A stretch of DNA of 64,000 bases. It comes from Lingula anatina. Lineage: Eukaryota > Animalia > Brachiopoda. Location of the stretch: NCBI GenBank assembly GCA_051362555.1, contig CM120643.1:8804001-8868000 (forward strand), given 5' to 3'. Made by a program: the position numbers and the translations under genes. Under the pieces are notes generated by a model that worked only from the letters and a program-made list of their open reading frames with translations, made no database searches and had not been told where the DNA came from. Of the stretch, positions 39,256-51,477 are shown piece by piece (position 1 is the first letter of the stretch; every line of letters starts with the position of its first letter).

Positions 39256-41354
39256 CAGGGCCAGGTTGCACCAACAGGGCGTAAATTTACTCGGCTACGA
39301 CTGTCGTAAACCGCAACGCCTGGCGTCCGTGCGCCAGGTTTACTCTCCCTGCTTACGCCCGTTGCACCAAGACAAAAACTGATCGTCGTAACTACGCCCG
39401 AGTAACGCTCCGTTGCGTCACTGGCCAACAATACGTGAATGGTATAATTGGGCAAATGAGGAGTTCTCAGCTGCAGTCATAATGGAATAATGACATAAAT
39501 AAACACAAAAGGATCATTTCAGTGACGGAGAAATTCATAAGCTACATTATTCCATTTTGATTTAGAAATAAGAACGTTGAAATACATTAACTTTTCTGTT
39601 GCCTTGGATATATAGAAATAAAATCGTAAATATATTCCGAATCAAAATATTATTATAGTTTGCTATTATAGTATGCTGTTGTAAATGTCATTTAAAATGA
39701 GAAAAAACGCGTCGCAGGCAGTACGTATTTCTATTAATTAATGGATTTGAATACCTTCCCATTTGTTATTGAAACTTTTGAGTCTGAAAATAATGCAAAA
39801 ACGCCAACATTGCTTTCTTTTTATAATTTTACAACAGTGCCGACAATTTCATGACCTTCTTATCTATGGTTACACCGTGAGGTATCATATAATTCAATCG
39901 AGCTTACGTCTTGGAGATTAAGAAATACAAGAGACCTAATACATATTATATAAGCCTTAAAATGTTGATATTTTAAGCTTTCGTCTCTATGTTTATATAT
40001 AGTAAAATATGAATGATATAAAATGTAAAGAAAAAATGTCTATGGTTAGTTATGGTTTGTCAAAAATTGTGAAAAGAATTAAAGAAACCGTACTGCTGAG
40101 AGCCAAGACGCACCTACATAAGTGGTAAGATTTCATTTGAACATATGCATATACATGTACATGGCTACACATATAATGTATTAAGTAATCACTTATAATT
40201 ATATATATATACATAATTAGTTTTTTAAAAACCAAGCTATACAGGCGGAAGTTTTGTGTAAGAAACAAACAAATAACAACCCACATTTTCTACGTTAACT
40301 ACGATAATTGTCATCAAACTCTCTCTGGGCTAGCCTAGCCATGGTGGAAAACGAGCTTCGACCGACTTGCACCACCTAACTAGCAGGCGTAAATTTACGA
40401 CTAAGTTAAGACCGACGTAAACTCTACTCCAGAGCCCGGTTGCACCAACAGGGCGTAAATCTACTCGGCTACGACTGTCGTAAACCGCAACGCCTGGCGT
40501 CCGTGCGCCAGGTTTACTCTCCCTGCTTACGCCCGTTGCACCAAGACAAAAACTGATCGTCGCAACTACGCCCGAGTAACGCTCCGCTGCGTCACTGGCC
40601 AACAATACGTGGATGGTATAATTGGGCAAATGAGGAGTTCTCAGCTGCAGTCATAATGGAATGATGACATAAATAAACACAAAAGGAGCATTTCAGTGAC
40701 GGAGAAATTCATGAGCTACATTATTCCATTTTGATTTAGTAATAAGAACGTTAAAATACGTTAACTTTGCTGTGGCCTTGGATATATAGCAATAAAATCG
40801 TAAATATATTCCGAATCAAAATATTATTATAATATGCTATTATAGTATGCTGCTGTTAATGAGAAAAACGCGTTGGAGGCAGTACGTATTTCTATTAATG
40901 GATTTGAACACCTTCACATTTGTTATTGAAACTTTTGAATCTGAAAATAACGCAAAAACGCCAACATTGCTCTCTTTTTATATTTTTACAACAGTGCCGA
41001 CAATTTCATGACCTTCTTATCTATGGTTACACCGTGAGAGATCATTTAATTCAATCGAGCTTACATCTTGGAGATTAAGAAATACAAGAGACCTAATACA
41101 CATTATATATGAGCCTTAAAAGTTTGATATTTTAAGCTTTCATCTCTATGTTTATATATATAGTCAAATATAAATGATATAAAATGTGAAGAAAGAATGA
41201 CTATAGTTAGTTATGATTTGTCAAAAATTGTGAAAAGAAAAAGAATTAAAGAAACCGTACTGCTGAGAGCCAAGACGTACCTACATGTGTGGTAAGATTT
41301 AATTTGAACATATGCATATACATGTACATGGCTACACATATAATGTATTTAGTA

Positions 41355-41420
<66 letters not shown>

Positions 41421-41759
41421 GATTACTAAATACATTATATGTGTAGCCATATATATATTTTTTTAAACCAAGCTATACAGACGGAAGATTTGAATAAGAA
41501 ACTAACAAATAACAACCCACATTTTCTACGTTAACAACGATAATTGTCATCAAACTCTCTCTGTGCTTGTCTAGCCATAGTGGAAAACGAGCTACGACCG
41601 ACTTACACCACCTAGCTGGCAGGCGTAAATTTACGACCGACGTAAACACTATTCTTGTTTGGTGCAACTGGCTTTTCTCGGGCGTAGCATTTTGCGCCCG
41701 GTTTACGCCGGCGCAACTGCTACGCCCCACTTACGACCGGTTGGTGCAACCGGGCCCTG
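39256..41759. mobile_element. TIR element present as a head-to-tail tandem (3'-truncated ~1.17-kb copy plus complete ~1.33-kb copy)
   Basis: Units start at 39256 and 40430 and are highly similar throughout. Ends CAGGGCCAGGTTGCACCAA / TTGGTGCAACCGGGCCCTG; internal GTTGCACCA and GGCGTAAATTTAC sub-repeats. Confidence 0.8.
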
Positions 41760-41948
41760 ATCCACGGATCAAATATGGCGGACCCTACATAAAAGAAGGG
41801 CTGACTTACCCGCTGGTTCCCTGCAAAGACGGCGCGTGCGAAGGCGGGGAGGCCATCAGCGGATTTGTCAACTCTTCTTTCATCTAGGGTTCGCCATATT
41901 TGATCCGCCAATCAGTAGATCCGAGGATCACATGTTGTGAATGCCCTC
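41757..41948. mobile_element. MITE with truncated left end
   Basis: GGATCAAATATGGCGGACCCTA ... TAGGGTTCGCCATATTTGATCC inverted repeats; right terminus GTGAATGCCCTC. A matching left terminus occurs alone at 34311-34368. Confidence 0.65.
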
Positions 41949-42043
41949 TTAGACGATGTAAGATAACATAAAAAGATTCACTTGGGTGATAACGACGTTC
42001 CACTACTAATTAACGTAGTTGGACGGAAGCTGATAAGATAGCA

Positions 42044-42191
42044 GGGCTCCGTATCTCGAAAGGTTCGCTATGTTGCGCACGTGCGTTAGTGTCTCGATTC
42101 CATAACCGATTCTATTTCGAGATACGGGGCCATGGAATCGAGACAATTGCGCACGTGCGCAACATAGCGAACCTTTCGAGATACGGAGCCC
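42044..42191. repeat. Near-perfect palindrome (foldback MITE)
   Basis: 42-bp perfect inverted repeat (42044-42085 vs 42150-42191) plus an inner 14-bp stem TGTCTCGATTCCAT/ATGGAATCGAGACA. Confidence 0.9.
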
Positions 42192-43941
42192 AGGTCTTTT
42201 TGTCGCGGGCTGCGACCGCATGTTACCTCCAAGTTTAAAGTTTATAAATATAATAGGCAAAAGCCTGCTGTCCTACGTGAGATAACAATGACGATCAGCC
42301 ACAGCCACACTCATTAATGAGATAACAATTGGTTTAAATGCCGATGACCAGTGTCTGATCCACTGAATGAATCACAGAGAGTAGTAACGAACCGGGAGGA
42401 ATAACTCCATCGTGAGACACCAGCACCGAGAGACCTGTACTTTCTAGCCTCCATATGTGATTATTCCTCTCTATAAGTCAAAGCTGATCATAAGGTAAGT
42501 GTATGACTGTCACTCAGACTGTAGCTAACACAAGAATAACTCTAACCTTTGCCACTGGGGTTCACTTTACTTGGCGGCAAGACAAACTGAATCCGTTCCT
42601 TGTTCTTTGAACAGGTTTTGGTGCGAGTAATTTTATATACATACCTTTGTCTGCTGTCATTTTTGCTTGGGTTGAGGAGGAGGGGCAAAAGTTTATTTAA
42701 CTCCAAGATTCCGGTGCGAGGATGGTTTTATTACCCATATATAAATACCCTTCTAGGTCCATTTTGATACTATGTAGTGATACTTTTTGGTACATAGATT
42801 TAAAATGGTTCTTTCATTTCAACTTGATTATACATGTAAAGAACTCTTACTTATTCTTGGGGTAGCGTAAGGGAGGCCCTTGCTTCAGCCCGGACTATAT
42901 ATGCTTTGAAGCATACTGCTATTATCTATTTTTCAAGATTTTTACAAAATTATTCTCTAATCCTCCATATTTGGACACTTTTGGGTACGGTTTCTTTAAT
43001 ATTTATTCACGTCAAAGTTTTCGAATTTTTTTCCTGAAAAAAAGGTTTTGGGGTTATTTAAAACAATCCAAACCAGGATTTTGAACGCATTCTAAGCAGA
43101 TGAATTGCTTCTTGTTAAAAATGAAAACCTTCAAAATGTGTTTTGACAGACAAATGGCCTTAAATCATTGTCGTGGAATAATAATTATAATGGTCGCCGC
43201 CCTTTGCTCCTTTGGAATTAACGCGGGTCAAGGCATGAAACTTAACTTCAAATTACAGACCTGTAGACGTAGTTAAACTTAATTTGAAGTTTCCTGACTA
43301 CACTGCGATCTGATCTTTAGACGGGATCACTTAATTAACCAAAGCCATCTAATATGCAAATTTAATTAACGAATTGTACCATGTGATGCACGCAACAAAC
43401 GGTGAATATCTTCTACCTCTTGGTATGTAATTTTAAATTTTACATTAGATGTAGCTCTGCGACTGCACTATAATCAGGAGACTTGGAAGCTATAAGAATA
43501 CGGTATTACATATTCGACCTAAATACTACTATTACTCTGGACATGCCAGTCTACTGTAACTAAGATCTAATATCCGTTTAACGGTTTATTAGATCTTAGA
43601 CTGTAAGTACAATGTATATTTACTGACATAACTGAACCCCATCTTTTCATAAGTTTTCTCCAGAACACTTGACCAGATGATTAATAATCATTGAGGCTTG
43701 AAAACATTTCTGTAGCTGTATGCGCCAGTGCTTGCATAGTAAATAGTAGGTTGAAAATGATATGCTTTAATGAACACAGTGAAATCGCAAAATCGCGGCC
43801 TTTATCTATCGTCTCTTCACAAGCAGTCTGTTTGTACTCGCTCTGCCAAATGTAGCTGCCAAATATTCAAGATTGCTCAGTGCATTTCTTCTTTTGTTCT
43901 GCCAGACGCCATGTAATGCTTAAAATGAAAACTCAGATTGC

Positions 43942-43994
<53 letters not shown>

Positions 43995-44151
43995 CCTTCC
44001 ACTGAATCCCTTTTCCGTGAGAAATGCGTGCCCTGAGACGAAAGGGTTTTACTTATCAATGAAAGACATATTTGTTTCCAGATGAAGTGCATGTTGTTTT
44101 CTTTTAATATTTCTTTCTTTTATTTATAGATATTATATCCAATTTGTCAAG

Positions 44152-45589
44152 ATGAGTGAAAGTGGTCTGAAAGCCAAGTTTTTAGAGTTCTGTGCAGAAG
44201 GGCGCGACAAAGTGGATTCGGCAAAACTGTCGAAAATATTTAGAGATTGTAAACTATTAAACAAGAAGCTAACCGCAACTGACGTGGATATTTTATTCAA
44301 TAGAACGGCTAATGGGTAAGTCATTTTTTTCGTTTATCTATCCCTTTGATCTGTCAGTGTTTGATTTTCCGCATGCATCCGGTAATCTCACCGTGAATGC
44401 CACGCTGTATTTTGTTTAACATAAAAATTACTTGGCTGCTCTATCTGATAAAAAGGCCAGTTGAGTTGGAAAATCAGCATGATTTCTGTACATTTACAAA
44501 AGTTATTGCATTTTTGCATGCATGTTTTTAATGGCGTTCCAACCATAATTGCTAATTTGCAAATTTGATTTACTTTAAATGTACAAGGAAGTTTTGTTTA
44601 ATAAAAAGTCATGTTTTCTTATATAAATTTAACCAAAGTGGTGGTTTGCAGTAATGTTTTTATTTATTTGAGTTAATGTCATGGGTAGGTTTTATTCTGT
44701 AGTCATAAAAAAGGCGCTTGATAAGCTGTCACATATTAAAAACGATAAAAAATGTCAAAAATGTATTTTGCTTTGAATCACGTGGAGATTTAATTGTTAA
44801 TTGTGCGGTGCTTGGATCGCTGTTAATAAGATCTAACAAATGTATTTACGTGTACAATCATCTAATTGCAGGGCAAGATATATTGACTTTCAGCAGTTTG
44901 AAGATTTGCTGGACAATGAGAGAGTAAAAGAGGCACATCCTAATATTGATATTAAAGCCAAGATTGCCGAAAGTGATGGGCCCAGGACATTTGAAACAAC
45001 TGTAAGTTTACATGTGCTGTCCCCCGTTCAATTTAAAATCCTTAGCTGTCTACGCTTAGCTAGATGTCTCAAAGAGGAGATTACATTGTACCAGACCAAA
45101 GAATCTAAGACCCCATTTCCACAAATTTTAGATCGATCTTTCCCCATGGGGAGTCTCACTAGATTACTGTCAGCTTAGCCAGCTTAAATGTCTGTCCCGC
45201 CTACTGTAAGGGGGTAATTAACTTTCGCGCTCGGTCGGCTGACAGCAATTCAGTGTGAAGTTAGGTCGATTCCAGGAGTTATGTCGATCTAGTTGGAACG
45301 ATCTAAATCTCTAGGAATGTGCTCTAAGACCCTAGCCCTATACCTATATTGATCAAGCCGGATCGACCCATCTCTGAAGAGATTCTCGCTAAATTGCTTT
45401 CAGATTAAGCGACTTAGGTATCTGACACGCCTACTGAAGCGCCTAAACGATGGTTATTCACCCCTAACAGCTTCAGTAGGCGTGCCAAACATCAGAGCCG
45501 CTTAAGCTAAATGTCATTTAGCGAGAATCCCCCTGAGATGGATCGATCCCGTTAGATCGGTCTAGGTATGGGAAAAGGGTCTTAGATTC

Positions 45590-45629
<40 letters not shown>

Positions 45630-46439
45630 TTTTTTTTTGGGGGGGGGGGGGTGTTCTCACTTTCACAAGTTTGCTTCCAGCTGTTTGGGCAGAAGTTCTA
45701 CACCCAAGGTATCAGTTGTATCTTGGACCCATAGACCAATCAAAATAGAACCAGTTAAGGGTCATTTTGAGCATGTGGGCCCCATTGGTCGAGCTAATAA
45801 GATCCAGAAATAAATGCTTTATGATCCACCTGAATTGTCTTAGATTTTGGGCCAAGAGTTACACACTGACAGTTTCCTCCTTGTAGTTCTGCTTTAGTTG
45901 AATCCTGAATAAAACCTAAATCAACTAAGGCAACGCTGGGCCAAAGTTACACACTGCTTTGGAAGTTACACATCGACAGTTTCAAGATAAAACAATAAAC
46001 AGCACACCTTTAAATAATTTGCCGCGTTAGGGGCTTACGCGACAAGCTTTCAAGTGGGTTCGCCGTTTTTGATACGCGGATCTATTCGTCCTCGGGCCAA
46101 CCTGACTCTGAACAGGCCCTTACTCTGTCATATTTTATTTTCCTTCCCTGAACACTTCTGTGTTTACTTTAGTAACTCAAGTAGATGTTGAAACTGCTCA
46201 CTTGGAAGCATTTTTGTATGACATTTAATTTTGTTAGTAACTCAGAAGTTTGTGGTTTCAGGGCAGGGGAGGAAACTGACTAGGTAGCACGTTTGACGAA
46301 AACTTCCAAGTACAGTGGCTCTGACAAAGAAAGATTTGATGGCAATAAAGACAATGGAATGGAAGGCCGTGCGGATGCTGACAACAGTGGATATGTTGGA
46401 AATTACAAGGGTGCTGGAAGATATGACGCCAAGCTTTGA
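44152..46439 (+). pseudogene. TPPP: TPPP/p25-alpha paralogue 2: truncated or pseudogenised, or rescued by a shifted acceptor
   Basis: Exons 44152-44315 and 44872-45001 are open (MSESGLKAKFLEFC...KIFRDC...TDVDILF). After the homologous acceptor (46261) the frame reads GRGGN-TGA. The conserved tail VARLTKTSKYSGSDKERFD...[17 protein letters not shown] (46284-46439) lies in another frame behind a TAG. Confidence 0.7.
45109..45581. mobile_element. Two abutting MITEs in the last intron of TPPP paralogue 2
   Basis: 45109-45324 is a diverged reverse copy of family A. 45328-45581 is a related long imperfect palindrome (GACCCT...AGGGTC). They are joined by TAA. Confidence 0.75.
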
Positions 46440-47104
46440 GATCAAGAACTTTTTTTGCATTTGTTGCTTTGTGATCATTTGTAGGCAGGCATAATATGTT
46501 GTTTTAGAATAGAGCGGAGAAAGAGTCCACAAACTAAATAAAGGTTGGCTAACTTTGATTATATTTCATGAAATAAACAATTCTGGCAATTAGAAACTAG
46601 TGTTGTTTTTCATAAAACGATTCTCACTGTCGTTAGATTGTGTGCGTTTTATGAGGAGGAGGGAGGAGAGGGGAGGGGGGACTGAGGTGCCCCTTTGTTG
46701 TCTGGAGTATAAATTTTAATTTTATAGAATTTTTCTTATTCAAATTTTAAGAAAAAGTGTCGTTAAAAAAATTAAACGATTCTGACAACCAGAAACCCCT
46801 GTCCTTTTTCGAAAAAATGAACCTGGCAACTATAAACTAGTTTCCTTTTTAAAAACTATTCTGGTAACCAGAAACTCGATTTTGCGGTAGGAGACAAGAG
46901 TGGACTGGCTAAAAAGATCCGTAAGACTGAAATGTAGCTTGTGTTGGAAAACCAGTCCGATTGCATTCTTTTCTGGCAGCAATGCAGTTCTTAATGAAGT
47001 TTTCTTTTTCACATATTTGCACTTAAAAGTCACTCTAAGAACGTCACACGATTTGTCGTAGGTCTCTTCAGTAAGTGCGCGAATGTTAATTTGATTATGC
47101 CTAT

Positions 47105-47330
47105 GGGTGCTTTCCCAGAGATTTAGATCGATCTAAAGATTAAGTTTTAGATCGACCTAACTCCCTGGGGGTTCACGCTAAATTGCAGTCAGCCGAGCGG
47201 GCACCATAGTTAATTAGCCCCTTACAGCTTTTAGTAGGCGGGACAGACGCTTAAGCCGGCCAAGCTGACAGTAATCTAGTGAGACTCCCCACAGGGATAG
47301 ATCGATCTAAAATTCTATGGAAATGGGGTC
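47105..47330 (+). mobile_element. MITE family A
   Basis: ~225 bp with imperfect TIRs containing TAGATCGATCTA; four copies in the window. Confidence 0.85.
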
Positions 47331-49125
47331 GATGGCATAGGTTGAATCTGACCTCATCGGCGTAATTCGCATGCTTCCAAAATTGTGCCCGAAACCGCTA
47401 TTAGATGCTAGTGCACTGCAGAAGTACTCGGCAGTGCAGCTCTATCGACAGAGGCTTCCTCAGAGGTCGTCTTGCATAGACTAGTTTTGTTTTGTTGATT
47501 ATCTGAAGGTTTTCATGATGAAATTAATCAGTACGGTGCATGCATGTTTGTTTCTTTTCAATTCGGTTAAAATACTAGCACTTGACCGATTTTGCTAGTT
47601 TACCTATTCACTTACCATCTATTCAAATCTATTCTACTAATAGATTTATTTTATCATTACATTTTTACATTTCATGGTTGACTGATGTGGTATTTTAAAG
47701 TCGTTTTACATGGTGTTTGGATTCATATAATGAACAGATAAAAAATGACAGATGTCCGTGAGCAGAAACGAACATAAGACATTTATAGTATAAACACAGA
47801 CACAGTATTAGTTCTGGTCAATTCAGCATCTATGGGTTTTAGTGAATGACAAACAAGACATGACTATGTGAATTTCGAGTTTTATAACAGCCATTTGAAG
47901 CTCAAAAATCCACAGTAAGAGACGGACGCGAAATGGGTCGTGTCAATCTCGCATCTATGGAGTTCAGTAAGTGGAGAAACAGACACAGCCATGTCATTTT
48001 CGGTCTCAATGCTCTGTAGTGAAGGACAAACGCGGCATAGGTAGGCCTTGTCAATTCCGCTGCTCTAGGGCTTAATAACATACGAAATAGACACGCTGCA
48101 TGTCGTTTTAGCATGTGAAGGGGCGTCAAAAAAACGCACGCGTAGGCTCCTATGGGTCATGGTTCTTTCACTCTTTCTTCCTTTCTGTCTTTCTTTTTCT
48201 CTTTCTTTCTTTCTTTTCTTACTTATTGAAACTTAGGCAGGCAGTCAGCATTGGTCTCGGATTGCACAGTATTAATAGATTACGATTAAGAAATAAACTC
48301 AACTGCAAAGTTGACCGAAAAGAGCGTGACAAAATGTTGGTCGAGTGTCCATCTGTTATTGCAGCAGCTGTGCTTGCAAGTATTTCACAACTAAAGCATT
48401 TAGTAAACCGGTCAAATTCTCTCTTAGAAGCAAGCTTGACCAGATGATGTTTTAGACATAAATGCATAAAGATACAAATTGATTAGGCATATATATTAGT
48501 GTTTTGGCAGGTCTATCGTTGTTAGATGTGCGGTTTGAGGGGTCGTTGAGATATGCTGTTATCTAACGGAGGCTTAATAGATAATGATGCTGATGACTTT
48601 TTCTTGATTCTCGTTTTTTAAAGATTAATCAATGAATTTACTTCTCGTTGTTTTATTTATCTATTTTATCAACCATATGTTAATTCCATTTTGTATTTTT
48701 ATTCATTTGTTTCATTTATGTGTTGATTTTAAGGCAGTAAATTGTACACGTATTGATATAGGGTTCAGGGACGAGATAAATAAAACATAGGTTTGAATTA
48801 ATGCAGTGCAGTATAACAGCTAGGTCAAGGGTATGGCAGGCCTACTGGAATATTGATCTAGAACTGTGCCGTGTTACAAGTGACAGGCTACCGTGGTGCA
48901 CACACAACAACAGGATCTCTGCACGCTAGGATATCTCAGGGCCGGATCCGGGATTATTTGAAAGGGGGGGGTCCGGTTTTTAGGAATGACAGGCTGCGGA
49001 TTCGAAGCCGACCCTCGTTGTAGGGCCCCGAAAAATATTGGTATTTTAGGGGACGAGCGGATACTGTTTAGAGCAAAAATTCAGCTAGTCAAAATACTAA
49101 TTTCAAGAGGGGGCCATTGGTGTGT

Positions 49126-49162
<37 letters not shown>

Positions 49163-51327
49163 TACATGTAGTCGGTTTCCACAAACTAAATTATATGAGC
49201 AGCAGCAGCAGCAGTAGTAGTAGTGAAGGTACATAAGATAAAAAACTGAAAAACCGGACAGGATAAATAATTAATTGAAATAGATAATGCAGAATGAAGT
49301 AAGAAAAAATAAACTTTTAAAATGAAAATAGCATATCGCGTTAGGCCACAGCCATCTTAAATCCCATCACGTCATTACACCCTCGGCTTCAGGTTACTGA
49401 CGGTGATACCCCTTTCTTCCGCTGATTATAAAAGTCGGCTTCCGACAGATTCTATGACACCGGGTGCCTTTTCGTCGATGTCTGGCGATCCAGTTCGTTT
49501 GATACATGTATGAATATAGTCCGGCTTCTTACATGGCCGGCCAATTCTTGTATTACGTCCAATCTTTAAAACTTCCATTTCTTTAGCCATATACAGCTGT
49601 GTTGACATTTTAGTTCAAGTAAACGTAAGTGGACCATGCAGATGGATACGTGGCTGGACGTTATTGTTCGATATATAATAATTCATCATTCATCACCCCC
49701 CGGTATTCAATTGGAAAGCTTTTTAAAGAAAACAAACTCCGGATTCGCAGAACGCCACAGTTCAAAAACGTGCCCCGTTATTTCTCATTTAGTGAATGGT
49801 AAATTTTCTGCTCTGGCAGTCACTCGCAATGTTTATTGTGTTTTTAGTTGACAATAATGCCCTCGCATTTAGTCAACTGCTGGTGCGTTACGTGTATTTC
49901 AGGTAAAACTGCGTCTTAAACTTTATTCCAAGGACATGGACGCGTAATCCTAACAATATAGGGGGAAAACTCAAAAGAAATTTGGTAAACGAACGGGTTT
50001 GGTTTTCTAAGGCTCGGTATTGGACTCCATTTGACTGTGCAAAATTTATGAACAGTTTCTGATCTAATTTTGCTTTCCAGTCCAGCAAAACAATTTTGGC
50101 TGCTTTTCTTTATCATCATGATCTCTTCTCCAAAACGTTGCTGTTTATTAACATTGAATAATTAATGTGAGTGTATAGACCGCCCCCCCCCCCTCTCCAA
50201 GGTACACAAAAAGGTAACCATGTGCCTTCTGGCATCGTGACCCCAATACTGTATCAATACGTTTGATATCATGTTTATTTCATGAGATAAAGCAGTCCAC
50301 ATACTATAAACTACATGGACAATACCAGCAGTTCAAATACGGCAAGACGCCGAGCGTCAAGTGTCGTAGTCTACGCTTTATAACTGGAGTGCTTGGTGAT
50401 AAATTCAAAAGGCGAGTAGTGTTATTAAGATTTCATTCATTTCGGATTCTATAATCCCTTATTAAATCTGCACAGCGTTACCAACATTGTTATCTTTGGG
50501 AAAAATTTTAATACGGGCCCACAAATTCTTTCGTCTATCCACATAACACGTACCTTAACTTTATAGGCCCTCTAGGGCCAGAATATGGGTATTATACAGC
50601 TTCATTAAAAATACAGTTTAAAACATTTTCAAAATTAGCGTATAGCCTATAACATTACATGTCGCAAACACATTGAAGATACATGGGGATAATAATGTGC
50701 ACGAAAACAATTCTACTTTTTCAAAATAAAATTTGACAAAATCGTCAACGCTTCTTAAGAAATCGTCTAGGGCCGAATAAGAGTGTAAAAATAAAACCAG
50801 TTTTGTAATCGACCAGAATCATGATAAAAAGGGCGTTCAGTCCTAATAAATAATAGATGCTAGGCCCTACTAATAAATCACTCAAAGAAAGAAGGTCGCT
50901 CGATTTCTTTATTTCCTTTTATTTGCAGCATAAATACACATTTTTAATTCGAAAACATGGGTTGATGTGATTTTCGTGTGAAAACAGATATAAAAGAAAA
51001 CAGTTCTTTTGAATTGGAAAATCGATCTCTGTATTCGAGCATCATGCGCAAATGTTGCATTATTGTGCGAGACGTGATTCGAACAATCATTGACTTCATT
51101 ATTTTTACCATTACGAACGGCACACCCATGCGACAAACAGGTCCTTTAAAAGCGGTCTGTATTTCCATAGCGTCGCGCTCGTTTCAGGGTCACATATTTT
51201 TTATTGCGCACCTGGGTGATCTGTGGTAAACACTTTAGATAGCTCACCTCAATCGACTGGGCTATTCATGAATATTTAAAGAGACTTGGAAATCGATTCC
51301 TCAGCAAATGAAGTTAAGTGTACTAAA

Positions 51328-51477
51328 GGGGCGTGGGCTGTTTGATCTAGTTACGTACAATCTGATTGGTTGTGGGTTCCAGTTGTTTTGCAGAGGACGG
51401 ACTGCATAGATTTCAGCTCTGCACAGTCGGCCTTCAAGCGGAGAGTGACGTATAGTTATCCCTTCTGTGTTTTGAAG
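51328..51477 (+). promoter_or_regulatory. Probable promoter and non-coding first exon of the canonical TPPP
   Basis: GC box GGGGCGTGGG (51328-51337), reverse CCAAT (TGATTGG, ~51363), strong donor AAG|GTAAGC at 51477. The next acceptor (53440) lies just upstream of the ATG. An X-box-like ATTCCTTGGCAAC sits at 51664-51676. Confidence 0.55.

Noticed and set aside
39255-40629. Duplicated minus-strand ORF MPNYTIHVLLASDA...
   Set aside because: Lies in the repetitive subterminal region of a TIR element, uses a non-ATG start and differs in length between copies.
39256-41759. Recurrent GTTGCACCA motifs reminiscent of CRISPR repeats
   Set aside because: Eukaryotic context, irregular spacing, no unique equal-length spacers and no cas genes.
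47740-48075. Degenerate repeats (GTCAAT..GCATCTATGG; AGTGAA.GACAAAC) and ORF 47902-48129
   Set aside because: Looks like an old local duplication; no convincing periodicity or protein motif.
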